DNA of 64,000 nt from an uncultured Desulfobacter sp. (GTDB taxonomy: Bacteria; Desulfobacterota; Desulfobacteria; Desulfobacterales; Desulfobacteraceae): positions 160,001-224,000 of the forward strand of contig OY762069.1 of the NCBI GenBank assembly GCA_963665095.1, given 5' to 3'. Below, one piece after another: positions 8,701-17,847 of the stretch. The translations under genes and the position numbers were made by a program. The stretch's first letter is position 1. Every line of letters begins with the position of its first letter. Under the pieces are notes generated by a model. That model made no database searches. It saw nothing but the letters and a program-made list of their open reading frames with translations, and was not told the origin of the DNA.

Positions 8701-11092
8701 TTATCGCCTGGGACATATGTTTGGATTCTTCAAACAAACCACTGAGGTAAGCCAGGATGGATGCCTGGAAATAAAGCTCAAGGATTAGCGCGTAACTTTG
8801 TTCCCAGGCACTTTCACCCAGGATTCGGATGCCTGTGATAAAATACCTGTAGCTCTCACTGAAAGCGGCAACATCCTTGGCCTGTTTTCCGGCCGTTAGA
8901 TTAAGCCTGGCCAGTTGAATCTTTTCCTTATCTTTATCTATCAAGTGATGAGCAAAGTTCAAGTGGGTAATATGTTTGAAAATTTGGTTTTTGTCCTGGT
9001 TTGTATTTTGAGCAATGTATTTGCCCAATTGAAGGTGGATCTGTTCTTTTTCATGGTCTGGTATCATTTTATAAGCAGTTTCCTGCAGTCTGTCATGCTC
9101 AAATTGATACAGCCCTTTTCCTTGTGAAATCAATATGTTTTTCTTACATGCAACATCAAGCTGGGACCGTATCTCCTTTGTAGGCGTTTTCTTTTGACAA
9201 GCCAGGTCCTCTTCATGGAATGTGTTTCCAATGACCGCTGCCACTGAAATGGTATGGCCAATTTTTTCCCCCAGCCCGGTGAGCTTTTGTCTGGCAAGCG
9301 CATTCAGGTCTTGATTGATTTCCATGCGTTCTATCTCATGAATATGCCATGCCCACTCCATTCGGTCATTAAGGTAAATCAGTTTTTTGTTAACCAGTAA
9401 CTCAATGAATTCTTTTGTAATTATCGGATTTCCGCCTGTTTTTTCATAGACGGCTCTGGCAAGAGATTCGCATTCATGCACTTTCAGACTCAGGGCGTCT
9501 TTAAATATCTGCTCGATATTTTTCAGGGAAAGACCATCAAGGGGCAGTATATTGACTGGCACCCCGGCTTTTTCAATTTGTAAATATGTTTTTTTTAAAC
9601 CATGGGCGGCATCGACCTCGTTTCCTCTGAAGGCCCCGATTAAAAATAACCCTTTGCTGCCGGCAATACTTTTAATCAGTTCAAGGGAGGCTTGGTCAGC
9701 CCACTGCAAATCATCAAGAAAAATAACGATGAACATCTTGGGGGTGCATAATACGTCTATGATCGTTTTTATGCATTTGTGAAGCCTGCTTCTTGATTCG
9801 ATGACATTCACATCAGACACGAACGGGACTTTTCCCAAAATGGGTTCAAATTGTGGAATTAGATTGGTAATAACGCCAATGTTTCTTCCCAGACCGTTTA
9901 TCAATTGTTTTCGTATGGCCTGGTAGATATCGTCGGTTTCCATCAATATAAGCCTGGCAATGTGTTCAAGTGCCTTTAAAATGCCGCTGTAAGGTATGGT
10001 TGATGTTATGGGCTCATACTTGCCCATGGCAAAGTATCCCTTGTCCAGAGGAATGCTTTTTTCGAATGATTTGATCAGATATGTTTTCCCCACCCCTGAG
10101 CATCCGGAAACCATGGTTAATGAACTTGATCCGCCCATCACCCTGTCAAGGGAGGTAGAAAGACCCTCCAGTTCTATTTCCCTGCCATAAATTTTCGCCG
10201 GGTATTCAAAGAGATTGACATCAAAGAGTATGTCCAGCCGAAATCTGGGAACTGTTCTGTTTGCCTTGAGGGCATCCATGCATCTTTTCAAATCTACCAT
10301 AATGCTGGCAGGTTGCTGGTATCTGTCTTCTGCGGATTTTGACATCAGTTTCCGGACAATGTCTGAAAGAACCCGGGGGGTCTGGGGTGCTATTTTATTT
10401 AAATCGGGGACGCTTTTGGCAATATGGCTGTGAATGACTTCAAAAGCATCTTTTCCATCAAAGGGCGGGCGGCCTGCGATGATTGCAAAAAGAACCGCTC
10501 CCAGGGAATAAAAGTCCGTTCTTCTATCGACGTTGCTGTTTAAACGGCCGGCTTGTTCAGGAGATTTATACAGCCAGAAAAATTTGGTGTCGAATCCAGA
10601 CTGGTTTGGTGCTTTCTCTTCAGACGCTAAAATTCCGCAACCCATGAGTTTGACGGTTTGTATTTCAGAATCCACCCAAATCGTATCGGGATTAATTTCA
10701 TGATGGATAAAGCCTGCATTGTGTAACTTGAAAATGATATGTGAGAGTTGGAATCCAACCTGCAGGGCGAAGGCAACTCTGTTTTTGATCTTGCTGAGGC
10801 ACTTTGACAAGGGGAGCAAATCTGTGTCTGTATAGACCAGGCCCATAACTTTTGCGCTCTGAACAAGGGCGATGGGGTAAAGGATGCCTTTTAGGGCCTC
10901 CGTCTTTTCCGCTGCATCGAATTCGTCGAGAAGCAGGGTCTCCACATCAATATCCGATTTGCTCTTTTCGATTGTCTTTAGAAGAAACCGGTCCTTTCCG
11001 GCGTCCCTGCTGGCAATATGAAATGTTGTCTTGCCGGTTTGCAGCAGTGTTTTTTCTACCCGGTATCCTTCAATTTCCATGGCCCGCTCCAC
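5705..11092 (-). CDS. Multidomain sigma54-dependent activator: Ser/Thr kinase-like, STAND AAA ATPase, helical region, GAF, bEBP AAA+ and Fis-type HTH
   Basis: Kinase-like YKSPEQAGR/RTDFYSLG; Walker A GCSGVGKT and Walker B FLDDLQWAD; GAF (SVLCMPI...IYLEN); GESGTGKE, GAFTGA, LFLDEIG, WPGNIREL; C-terminal AAERLGLHPSTL. Confidence 0.92.
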   Translation of the reverse strand: MERAMEIEGYRVEKTLLQTGKTTFHIASRDAGKDRFLLKTIEKSKSDIDVETLLLDEFDAAEKTEALKGILYPIALVQSAKVMGLVYTDTDLLPLSKCLSKIKNRVAFALQVGFQLSHIIFKLHNAGFIHHEINPDTIWVDSEIQTVKLMGCGILASEEKAPNQSGFDTKFFWLYKSPEQAGRLNSNVDRRTDFYSLGAVLFAIIAGRPPFDGKDAFEVIHSHIAKSVPDLNKIAPQTPRVLSDIVRKLMSKSAEDRYQQPASIMVDLKRCMDALKANRTVPRFRLDILFDVNLFEYPAKIYGREIELEGLSTSLDRVMGGSSSLTMVSGCSGVGKTYLIKSFEKSIPLDKGYFAMGKYEPITSTIPYSGILKALEHIARLILMETDDIYQAIRKQLINGLGRNIGVITNLIPQFEPILGKVPFVSDVNVIESRSRLHKCIKTIIDVLCTPKMFIVIFLDDLQWADQASLELIKSIAGSKGLFLIGAFRGNEVDAAHGLKKTYLQIEKAGVPVNILPLDGLSLKNIEQIFKDALSLKVHECESLARAVYEKTGGNPIITKEFIELLVNKKLIYLNDRMEWAWHIHEIERMEINQDLNALARQKLTGLGEKIGHTISVAAVIGNTFHEEDLACQKKTPTKEIRSQLDVACKKNILISQGKGLYQFEHDRLQETAYKMIPDHEKEQIHLQLGKYIAQNTNQDKNQIFKHITHLNFAHHLIDKDKEKIQLARLNLTAGKQAKDVAAFSESYRYFITGIRILGESAWEQSYALILELYFQASILAYLSGLFEESKHMSQAIIQNGRTDIDKTLGYEAQIECAIFLDNPDKAVRVLLHALTLLGISMPSPESRKEVIQETLKLKEIAQLILEIPSSQVSHLTDTKFQTVMRLLGYGVKATGWHDYLYYWIFVGKMLKITQEHGFTDESAFALVATGGAFCHLLKEYALGRRVAEYGLEYIKKSKRTKWNLDAQTYFHEEITCLTCPIDVTIKQLTQVYYQSIESGNIMTAIESAHAACLTGLFGNINLSKLRQLVATFDEIISLSLPGIKSLQSNLKMISNIVQGLSSPHEPKDNMEGFSLEKSVTTKELPINIRLFLNIIFRRTEAAAKDAEELLKYGSNYIMIPTAFYSFLALQRKAGAENEVILEKLYNQIKRRSEFSRDNYAHKHHLILAERYRLKKQTYQALIHYEKAILLSGEKGFIMDQALAWELAADFFKALGLQKLSEISLKEAFSTYEKWGASSKLRQIRQSHASLFNEEHINPGTQRSTPLYNANSIMDMRSIDRAIVTLVSAEDGNKLLQQLMRILIQNSGSERGYLLSCWKEKIIVECHVSIEEEADHLPPGTPVEEYQSISHSIARFVCRTNKKVLTSDISQNIQFSNTVYARKTGLKSVLCMPISYQNRTVAFIYLENQQVKNTFSEKRFHIIQLLSNQIAAAMERNRLNRELIQEIENRKSKERELQVTVKRLNELKNSLNEENQYLKEEIRNTHGFKDIIGNSPELQKTLYLVKQVISFDTTTLILGESGTGKELIARSIHDLSSRKDHPMVKVNCAALPATLIESELFGYEKGAFTGAVKSKKGRFLMADGGTLFLDEIGDMPMEVQAKLLRVLQEGTFEPLGSDATIKVDVRVVAATNKDLEQSILKGLFRKDLYYRLSIFPIKVPALKDRKEDIPLLVSYFIEKKNKVLNKNIKQVSSQVMKTLTDYDWPGNIRELENFIERAMILSQGTRLSMDHNFNSLAAAPSHLSDTSLDAAMEAHIINVLNMCQWKIKGKGNAAERLGLHPSTLRSKMKKLRIRP

Positions 11093-11109
11093 TTAAAAAT
11101 TAAACCAAG

Positions 11110-11287
11110 GAACGATATATCGCCCTGTATTGTTGTATGGGGGCAATATATCACACCTGATTTATGATAACAATATTGTTTGAAATACCAGATGATATGG
11201 GCTTAAATGCACAATGGAAACCTATCCGGAGAAAGCCTTTAAATGATTTGGCAAATGCTGATACAAATTAGGGACGATATATCGTTC
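11110..11287. promoter_or_regulatory. Repeated palindromic operator/enhancer CGATATATCG in the divergent intergenic region
   Basis: Perfect CGATATATCG at 11113-11122 and 11275-11284 within mutually inverted 16-17 bp contexts. Degenerate CAATATATCA at 11144-11153. Confidence 0.6.
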
Positions 11288-11393
11288 TAAAATAGATCCA
11301 GGAATACATAATTATTTAGCCTTATGGTTCGTTTGTCTTCGATTTATCAAAAAAACTTTAAAATTAAGATTGTTATGTAATTGTTCGTGTGGG

Positions 11394-11409
11394 TGGCATT
11401 CTTTTTGTT
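11394..11409 (+). promoter_or_regulatory. Possible sigma54 promoter (variant -12) of the methyltransferase operon
   Basis: TGGCAT-TCTTT-TTGTT. The -24 is good but the -12 reads GT instead of GC. It sits next to a divergent bEBP gene. Confidence 0.4.
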
Positions 11410-11515
11410 TAGTTGGTTTTCGTTGCAACACGGATGAATCGGCTGGCTGATGCATAACGCTGCTGTCGATTGGCGAAACTAATTTACTTTAATGCACAGA
11501 TGAATTGAGGTTAAA

Positions 11516-12988
11516 ATGAAAAAAAACACGACAAAACTGGCCTGGCCGCTTTCTGTTTCAGAAATTAAGCAGGTTCATCAAACTGCCCTTGATATTCTGG
11601 AAAAGATCGGTATGGGAAAGCCACCGGAAGAACTGGAGGCCTTGGCAGTGGAAAAAGGATGCACCATGTCCGAAGAAGGGCGCCTTTGCTTTCCTGGATC
11701 TTTAATTGAAGATATAATTTCCAGGTGCGTCCCGCGAAAGGTCCTTCCAAGCCGGGGCGGTGCTCCAGTGGAACTGGATGACGGCTTTGCCCATTTCGGC
11801 CACATCGGGGTTGCACCGTCTGTGGTGGATTTTGAAACCGGCGAGTACAGAGATTCCACTTTGGTTGATCTGTACGATTTAAACCGGCTTTTTGATGTAT
11901 TGCCCGGAATGTCTACAGGAGACGTTCCCGTCTCCGCAACCAATATAACGGATCCGGGCAGTATCGGTGTAAACACGCTTTACGCCATTCTTGCGGCAAC
12001 TAATAAACATGCCATTGTGGACATGGCGAATCAGGCCCAACTTGATCCTATGGTTCAGCTCCTGGAAATGATCATCGGAACAGATCAAAAAGGGGCTGAT
12101 TCTCCGGTGACCTTCATTTACTGCCCCACAACATCCCCCCTTAACTATGAAAAAAAATACATGTCAATGTGCCTGGAGATTGTCAAAAAAGGATATCCGG
12201 TCACCCCGCTTATCGCGCCGATGTCAGGTGCAGCAGCACCGGCCACTCTTGCCGGTGCCCTGGCAATGACGGTGGCCGAATCCCTAGGCGTTCTTGCCGC
12301 TGTTCAGTTGCTGTCTCCGGGCCATCCTACTCTGTTGGGGATCTGGCCTTTTGTGGCGGACCTTCGCACCGGGGGCTTTGCAGGAGGGGCGCCTGAAGGG
12401 TCTTTGCTGTCTGTTGCTGCAGCTCAGATGATCAAGTGGTACGGCATTGAGGGCACCGTGCCGTCAGGTATGACCGATTCCAAGCTGATCGATGTTCAAT
12501 CCGGATACGAAAAAGGGATTTCAGTTGCACTTGCAGGCTTGGGAGGCGGCACATTCGTTGGCGAGGCCGCCGGCATGCAGGGCAGTCTGATGGGGGCCTC
12601 CTTTGAAGCATTTGTGCTTGACCAGGATATGCTCTCTTATATTAGCCGCCTCCAGCGCGGCATTGTCGTGAATGAAGAAACGCTGGGATTTTCCATGATA
12701 GCGGATGTGGTCAAGCAGGGGTCCGGCAACTTCCTTTACCATCCCCTGACAATGAAATATATGCGGTCGGAATATGAATATCCCAGGTTTTCGGACAGGA
12801 CCTTGATCAGCCAGTGGAAAGGAAAAGGAAAGCCCGATATCAGGCAAAAAGCGAGAGCAAAAACCCAAAAACTCCTCTCGGAACATTATCCGGTTTATAT
12901 AGATCCCGATCTGGATGCCAATATTCGAAGGGTTTTTAACATTGAGCTCGCTGCCAAAGATATGCGGCCGGACTGTGGCCGCTGGTAA
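11516..12988 (+). CDS. Trimethylamine methyltransferase (MttB) superfamily protein, non-pyrrolysine type
   Basis: IKQVHQTALDILEKIGM, YRDSTLVDL, SPL, APMSGAAAPATLAGAL, DLRTG, GMTDSKLIDVQSGYEK motifs. No in-frame TAG. Confidence 0.9.
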   Translation: MKKNTTKLAWPLSVSEIKQVHQTALDILEKIGMGKPPEELEALAVEKGCTMSEEGRLCFPGSLIEDIISRCVPRKVLPSRGGAPVELDDGFAHFGHIGVAPSVVDFETGEYRDSTLVDLYDLNRLFDVLPGMSTGDVPVSATNITDPGSIGVNTLYAILAATNKHAIVDMANQAQLDPMVQLLEMIIGTDQKGADSPVTFIYCPTTSPLNYEKKYMSMCLEIVKKGYPVTPLIAPMSGAAAPATLAGALAMTVAESLGVLAAVQLLSPGHPTLLGIWPFVADLRTGGFAGGAPEGSLLSVAAAQMIKWYGIEGTVPSGMTDSKLIDVQSGYEKGISVALAGLGGGTFVGEAAGMQGSLMGASFEAFVLDQDMLSYISRLQRGIVVNEETLGFSMIADVVKQGSGNFLYHPLTMKYMRSEYEYPRFSDRTLISQWKGKGKPDIRQKARAKTQKLLSEHYPVYIDPDLDANIRRVFNIELAAKDMRPDCGRW

Positions 12989-13077
12989 ATGAGCAGATCC
13001 ATGGCAACGCCACCTCTTTCATCGAAACTGATGGATGCCACGGTGGAAAGGGAAAATAATTTTTAATCTATCCGGGA

Positions 13078-14451
13078 GTGATCATGACTGAAAATAATAC
13101 ACAGAAACTAAAACGAAGTGCCACCTGGAAACTTGGTGTCACAATTATCCTGACGGGCATACTTGACTGGACCTATCTTAGCGGGCCTGCAGTGGAGAAG
13201 GTCGGTGTCTGGGCACCTCTTGCCTGGTTGAGTACGGTGTTGGCCATTGCTGCGATCTGCTATTCTTCACTGGAAATTCTGCTTATGTTTCCGGATAAGG
13301 CGGGGGGGCTTGCCACCTGTATCATTCAAGGCTTTAAAAAACGTCACCCGATTTTTGCCGTTATATCCCAGTGGGGATATGTGACGGGATGGGGACTTGC
13401 CGTAGGAGCCATTGTTGCATTTGCCAGCTATTTTATCCAATACTTCATTCCATTTCCCGATGCCTATATCAATTATGTGGCCATTGGTATTTTAACGGTG
13501 GTGTTTTTAATTAACCTGATCAGTATTGATCTCATTGAAAAAATACAAAGCTTGATATTTGTTCTGTTCGGGCTGACGGTATTGGTCATTGTCGGTGCAT
13601 ATATCAAGCTGCCGATTCTTTCTCCTGATTTTTCCGGTGTTCAGATCAACGGGCCAGATGCCAATCCGGTCAGCATATTCCTCAGCGCATGTTTTCTGGT
13701 CGGCTGGTCTGCCTGTGCCCTGGAAGCGGTGCTTGCGCTTATTGCTGAATATATAAAGCCAGAAAAAGACACCAAAAAGGCATTGTCTTCAAGTGCGCTG
13801 GTGATGCTGGTTATGACCCTGGCTATTTGTGCGTCAATGACCTGGCTTCTTCCCTTGGATGTGGTCTTAAATGATCCTTACACGCCCCTGCTTCCACTTG
13901 CTGATGCTGTATACGGGGCGTGGTATACCAAAGTCTTTGGCTTTTTTCTGATTGTCGGGCTGGTCATCGGTGCCAATGCCTGCTTCCTGCCGGCCTCCCG
14001 TGTGCTTTTTGAGGCCTCCAAAAGTGGATTGATGCCAAAATGCTTTGGCAGGCTTGGCAAAAACCAGGTTCCGGTCATCGCCATTGTTTCCATTTATGCA
14101 GTTAACCTGCTTTTCCTGCTGACAACAGGTGGGGAGCAACCGACCTTCATGGTGGTTGCCGGGGGGATTTCCTATTTTCTCATGGTGGTTTTTGCCGGCC
14201 TGGCCGTTCCGGTGATGAGAAAAGATTTTCCCGATTTTGAACGGGCCTATAAGACTCCTGATCTGATTTGCTGGATGAGTGTTGCCGCCTCCTTTTTCTT
14301 TTTGGCATTGCTTATTGTAGGGACGATTCCTTATGGGGCTAAGAACATTTTATATGGAATCGTCGCAACACTGGTGGCCATACCATTATACTGGTACAGA
14401 GTCCATATAGAAGATAAACGGACAGCATTGTCAGTTAAAAAGGCCGGATAA
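13078..14451 (+). CDS. APC family amino acid/amine permease
   Basis: About 12 hydrophobic segments; FPDKAGG, EYIKPEKD, SRVLFEASKSGLMPKCFG and RKDFPDFERAYK APC-type motifs. Confidence 0.85.
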   Translation: MIMTENNTQKLKRSATWKLGVTIILTGILDWTYLSGPAVEKVGVWAPLAWLSTVLAIAAICYSSLEILLMFPDKAGGLATCIIQGFKKRHPIFAVISQWGYVTGWGLAVGAIVAFASYFIQYFIPFPDAYINYVAIGILTVVFLINLISIDLIEKIQSLIFVLFGLTVLVIVGAYIKLPILSPDFSGVQINGPDANPVSIFLSACFLVGWSACALEAVLALIAEYIKPEKDTKKALSSSALVMLVMTLAICASMTWLLPLDVVLNDPYTPLLPLADAVYGAWYTKVFGFFLIVGLVIGANACFLPASRVLFEASKSGLMPKCFGRLGKNQVPVIAIVSIYAVNLLFLLTTGGEQPTFMVVAGGISYFLMVVFAGLAVPVMRKDFPDFERAYKTPDLICWMSVAASFFFLALLIVGTIPYGAKNILYGIVATLVAIPLYWYRVHIEDKRTALSVKKAG

Positions 14452-14503
14452 ACTTATGAACAGAAACATACAATGGTTCTGATACCCGAAACAGGGGGGG
14501 GAC

Positions 14504-14755
14504 ATGGTGGAAAAGAGACAGACAGACGCCCAAGGCAAAGACCGGCGCAATTGTTCTTCAGCGGAGGAGACCAAAAGATATGATACCGGGGAATCGTATA
14601 AGGAGAGCCTGGAAAGGGAGATTCTCAGGCGGATTCATATCATTCAGTCTCCGGATTATACCCCTGTCCCCCGTTTCCCTCTCCCTGACATTGTATTTGT
14701 CTGGATTCTGGCCGGTATCATGCTGGCACTGATTCTATGGGGAGCAACTTTTTAA
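14504..14755 (+). CDS. Small protein with one C-terminal TM helix, directly upstream of the NCS1 permease
   Basis: 83 aa, G-rich RBS, hydrophobic C-terminus IVFVWILAGIMLALILWG; fills the operon gap. Confidence 0.6.
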   Translation: MVEKRQTDAQGKDRRNCSSAEETKRYDTGESYKESLEREILRRIHIIQSPDYTPVPRFPLPDIVFVWILAGIMLALILWGATF

Positions 14756-14793
14756 GGATGTACACCCGTATATGTCGTGGCAGGAAATAGATT

Positions 14794-16245
14794 ATGAAAA
14801 ATATTAATTCGGAAGCTTCAAAAGAGGCCTTTTACGGCACCATCCCGACCCTGAACATCCCAGGGGAACGTATTTACTCTTTCTGGGACATGGTGTGGTT
14901 GACCGGCGGATACGCCATCGCGAGCTGGTGCTATGTGCAGGGGGGGTGGCTGGCTTCCATGCTTAATTTTAAGCAACTGATTTTTTCCACCCTGTTTGTT
15001 TATATTCTGGGCGGGCTGTTCGCCTATACCTTAACCATTATTTCATGCCGCCATGGTATGGATGTTTTTTTCTTTATGAGGGCCATTTTCGGAGAAGCAG
15101 GCATGGTGATCATGACCCTTCTTATCTTTATTTCCGGATGGGGTTATTCTGCCATCAATGCCCAGTTGTACGCCAACTCCTTTATTAAGATTCTGGCTGC
15201 AGCAGGCCTTGAGATTAATCCGTTATGGACGCCCTGGCTTGGATCAACATGCGTGATGATCGGGACGGCTCTGGCCCTTAGAGGGCCAATCGTCGTGAAA
15301 TGGGCTACCCGCATTATGGTGCCGAGTCTCTTGGCCGTGGGGGGCGTCATGATCGTTTTGTTGTTGAACCACATGACTTGGAACGGGTTAAATAACCTTG
15401 TGCCTATTGATGCGGATTCTAATATTGCCCCGTACCATATTGCCGTTGAGTGGAACCTTGCCTATGTCCTCTCCTGGATATCCGTACTGGGGGTCATTCC
15501 CAGGTTTGCCAAGTCCGAAAGGATATCCTATTGGGGCCATGTTGTCGGATTCAGTGTCATTATGGGCGGGTTTGTCATTCTGGGGGGGATGACCGGCCTG
15601 GTCATGGCAGCGAAAACCGGCGTGGTCAGCCTGGATCCCACAGAATGGCTTATCAGTCTTGGAGGGGCCTATCTGGGCCTGATGTCTGTCTTTGTGGTGG
15701 CCATCGCCAATGTGACCACAACAGCCATTGATCTTTACAGCGTTACCGTCAGTTCAAAAATTCTTAAACCCACAGCGGATTTTAAGTGGGTTTGTTTCGC
15801 ATGGTCCTCCTTTGTTCTGGTCCTGCTTTTCTGGGGAGGGATATGGACGTATTACAATGCGTTTTTAGGGGTGGTGGGCGTCATTGTCGGCCCGATCCTG
15901 GCCTTGATCGTTACCGACTATTTTTTTGTCCGGCATCAAAAGATATCCATGAAAGATGCATACATGATCAAAGGCAACCGGAAATATCGTTATACCTACG
16001 GATTCAACCTGATATCATTGGCCTGTTTTGCTATCGGCGTAATTGCATACCTATCTTGCTATGACTCGGTAAATATCGTGCCTAAACAGAAGGTGTTTTA
16101 TATATGCACTGCCACGGGCTGGTCTGTCATCACCAGCGCAACCGCCTACTGTCTTGCCAGCAGGCTCCCGGTATTCAGGTCCTATATGTTGCCTGAAGAA
16201 ACTGACCTTGATGTTCAAACACAGTTGACAATAAACAATTCTTAA
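14794..16245 (+). CDS. NCS1 family (cytosine/purine/hydantoin-type) permease
   Basis: About 12 TM segments; ERIYSFWD, RAIFGEAG, ANVTTTAIDLYS, GPILALIVTDYFFVRHQK and YRYTYGFN motifs. Confidence 0.85.
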   Translation: MKNINSEASKEAFYGTIPTLNIPGERIYSFWDMVWLTGGYAIASWCYVQGGWLASMLNFKQLIFSTLFVYILGGLFAYTLTIISCRHGMDVFFFMRAIFGEAGMVIMTLLIFISGWGYSAINAQLYANSFIKILAAAGLEINPLWTPWLGSTCVMIGTALALRGPIVVKWATRIMVPSLLAVGGVMIVLLLNHMTWNGLNNLVPIDADSNIAPYHIAVEWNLAYVLSWISVLGVIPRFAKSERISYWGHVVGFSVIMGGFVILGGMTGLVMAAKTGVVSLDPTEWLISLGGAYLGLMSVFVVAIANVTTTAIDLYSVTVSSKILKPTADFKWVCFAWSSFVLVLLFWGGIWTYYNAFLGVVGVIVGPILALIVTDYFFVRHQKISMKDAYMIKGNRKYRYTYGFNLISLACFAIGVIAYLSCYDSVNIVPKQKVFYICTATGWSVITSATAYCLASRLPVFRSYMLPEETDLDVQTQLTINNS

Positions 16246-16260
16246 GAGAAAGGAAAAAAA

Positions 16261-16893
16261 ATGACAGATTTTAGTGCGATGACTAATGCTTTGGTGTCCT
16301 GTGACGCAGAAAGACTGACAGAACTGGTAAACGCTGCCCTGTCGGCAGGCATATCCGCTAGTGATATCCTGAATAACGGCCTGATTGCAGGCATGGATGT
16401 TGTCGGTGAAAAAATGGAATCCGGTGATATGTTTATCCCGGAAGTCCTTATGGCTGCACAGGCCATGGGTTCCTGTGTGGCGATTTTAAAGCCCATGCTG
16501 GCAGACAGTGACGTCGCATCTGGAGGTTCAGTGATTATCGGTACTGTAAAAGGAGACCTCCACGACATCGGCAAAAATCTTGTGGCCATGATGATGGAAA
16601 GTGCCGGGCTTGAAGTCCACAACCTGGGCGTGGATATTGCCCCGGAAAATTTTGTTGCCGAGATTAGAGAGAAAAACGCCCAGATAGTCTGTCTATCGGC
16701 ACTGTTGACCACTACCATGCCGGCCATGAAACAGACCGTGGACGCCATTGTGGAATCGGGCCTGCGGGACCAGGTTAAAATTATGATCGGCGGGGCGCCT
16801 GTTACCCCGGCCTTTGCCAAAGAAATCGGTGCAGACGGGTTTGCTCCCGATGCCGGTTCAGCCTCAAAGATGGCTAAATCCTTCATTAACTGA
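16261..16893 (+). CDS. Methyltransferase cognate corrinoid protein (MttC/MtgC-like)
   Basis: Cap domain MFIPEVLMAA and B12-binding motif GDLHDIGKNLV...LSALLTTT...IGGAP. Confidence 0.95.
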   Translation: MTDFSAMTNALVSCDAERLTELVNAALSAGISASDILNNGLIAGMDVVGEKMESGDMFIPEVLMAAQAMGSCVAILKPMLADSDVASGGSVIIGTVKGDLHDIGKNLVAMMMESAGLEVHNLGVDIAPENFVAEIREKNAQIVCLSALLTTTMPAMKQTVDAIVESGLRDQVKIMIGGAPVTPAFAKEIGADGFAPDAGSASKMAKSFIN

Positions 16894-16913
16894 AAACAGG
16901 AGACGTCTTAAAT

Positions 16914-17714
16914 ATGTTTGAAATTATCGGAGAGCGTATCAACACCTCCAGGAAGCTTGTGCATGCGGCAGTTACGGAACGTAACGCAGATTACATCATT
17001 GATGATGTTAAAAAGCAACAGGCTGCCGGTGCCCATTTTATTGATGTGAATGCAGGTGCCCGTATCGGTCACGAAGAAGCGGATATGCGCTGGCTTCTGG
17101 AGACAATACAGGCAGTTTGTGACATACCTTTGGCCCTGGACAGTCCGGATCCGGCCATCCTTGAAATGGCTTTTGCCATCATGGAAAAAAAACCGATGAT
17201 CAACTCCATTTCTCTGGAAAAGGAGCGGTTTGACGCTATGATGCCCTTCTTGGACGGCAAAGATTGCAAGATCATTGCTTTGTGCATGGATGATGCCGGT
17301 ATGCCTCTCTCCAGTGATAACATCCTGGACCGGGCTCAAACCCTTGTCACGGAACTCAACGGTATCGGCATTCCCACTCATGACATTTATGTGGATCCCC
17401 TGGTCCAGCCCATCTCAACGGACTCTGACAAAGGAACTATGGTACTGGCTGCAGTTCGGGCGATTAAGGCCCGGTTTCCAGAGGTCCACATCACCGGCGG
17501 TCTCTCAAATATATCCTATGGTCTGCCCCAGCGTCACATCATCAACAGGACCTTTGTCTCTCTCATGATGGATGCCGGCATGGATTCAGCGATCATTGAC
17601 CCACTTGATAAAAAAATCATGGCCACCATCCACACCGCAGACATGCTTCTGGGTAAAGACCCGTTCTGCATGGAATACCTTAAAGGCGTTCGATCAGGTG
17701 CCATCGAAAGTTAA
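16914..17714 (+). CDS. Methylcorrinoid:tetrahydrofolate methyltransferase (pterin-binding, AcsE-like)
   Basis: IIGERIN, IDVNAG, LALDS, INSIS, DPLVQPIS, GGLSNISYGLP and MDSAIIDP motifs. Confidence 0.92.
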   Translation: MFEIIGERINTSRKLVHAAVTERNADYIIDDVKKQQAAGAHFIDVNAGARIGHEEADMRWLLETIQAVCDIPLALDSPDPAILEMAFAIMEKKPMINSISLEKERFDAMMPFLDGKDCKIIALCMDDAGMPLSSDNILDRAQTLVTELNGIGIPTHDIYVDPLVQPISTDSDKGTMVLAAVRAIKARFPEVHITGGLSNISYGLPQRHIINRTFVSLMMDAGMDSAIIDPLDKKIMATIHTADMLLGKDPFCMEYLKGVRSGAIES

Positions 17715-17727
17715 TATTTTAACCAGG

Positions 17728-17772
17728 AAAAGAACCCTGCTTTTGATGCGTTAAAGCGGGGTTCTTTTTTTT
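17728..17772 (+). terminator. Intrinsic terminator of the methyltransferase operon
   Basis: AAAAGAACCCTGCTTT...AAAGCGGGGTTCTTTT hairpin followed by a T-run. Confidence 0.85.
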
Positions 17773-17847
17773 GAAACAAATCATAATGATACTCAATATT
17801 GTGACGGGCATTCTTTTATCTTGACATTCCGAACGCCGTTCGCTAAT

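Noticed and set aside
11516..12988. Pyrrolysine-containing trimethylamine methyltransferase
   Set aside because: The 490-aa ORF is uninterrupted, ends in TAA, and no pyl genes are present in the window.
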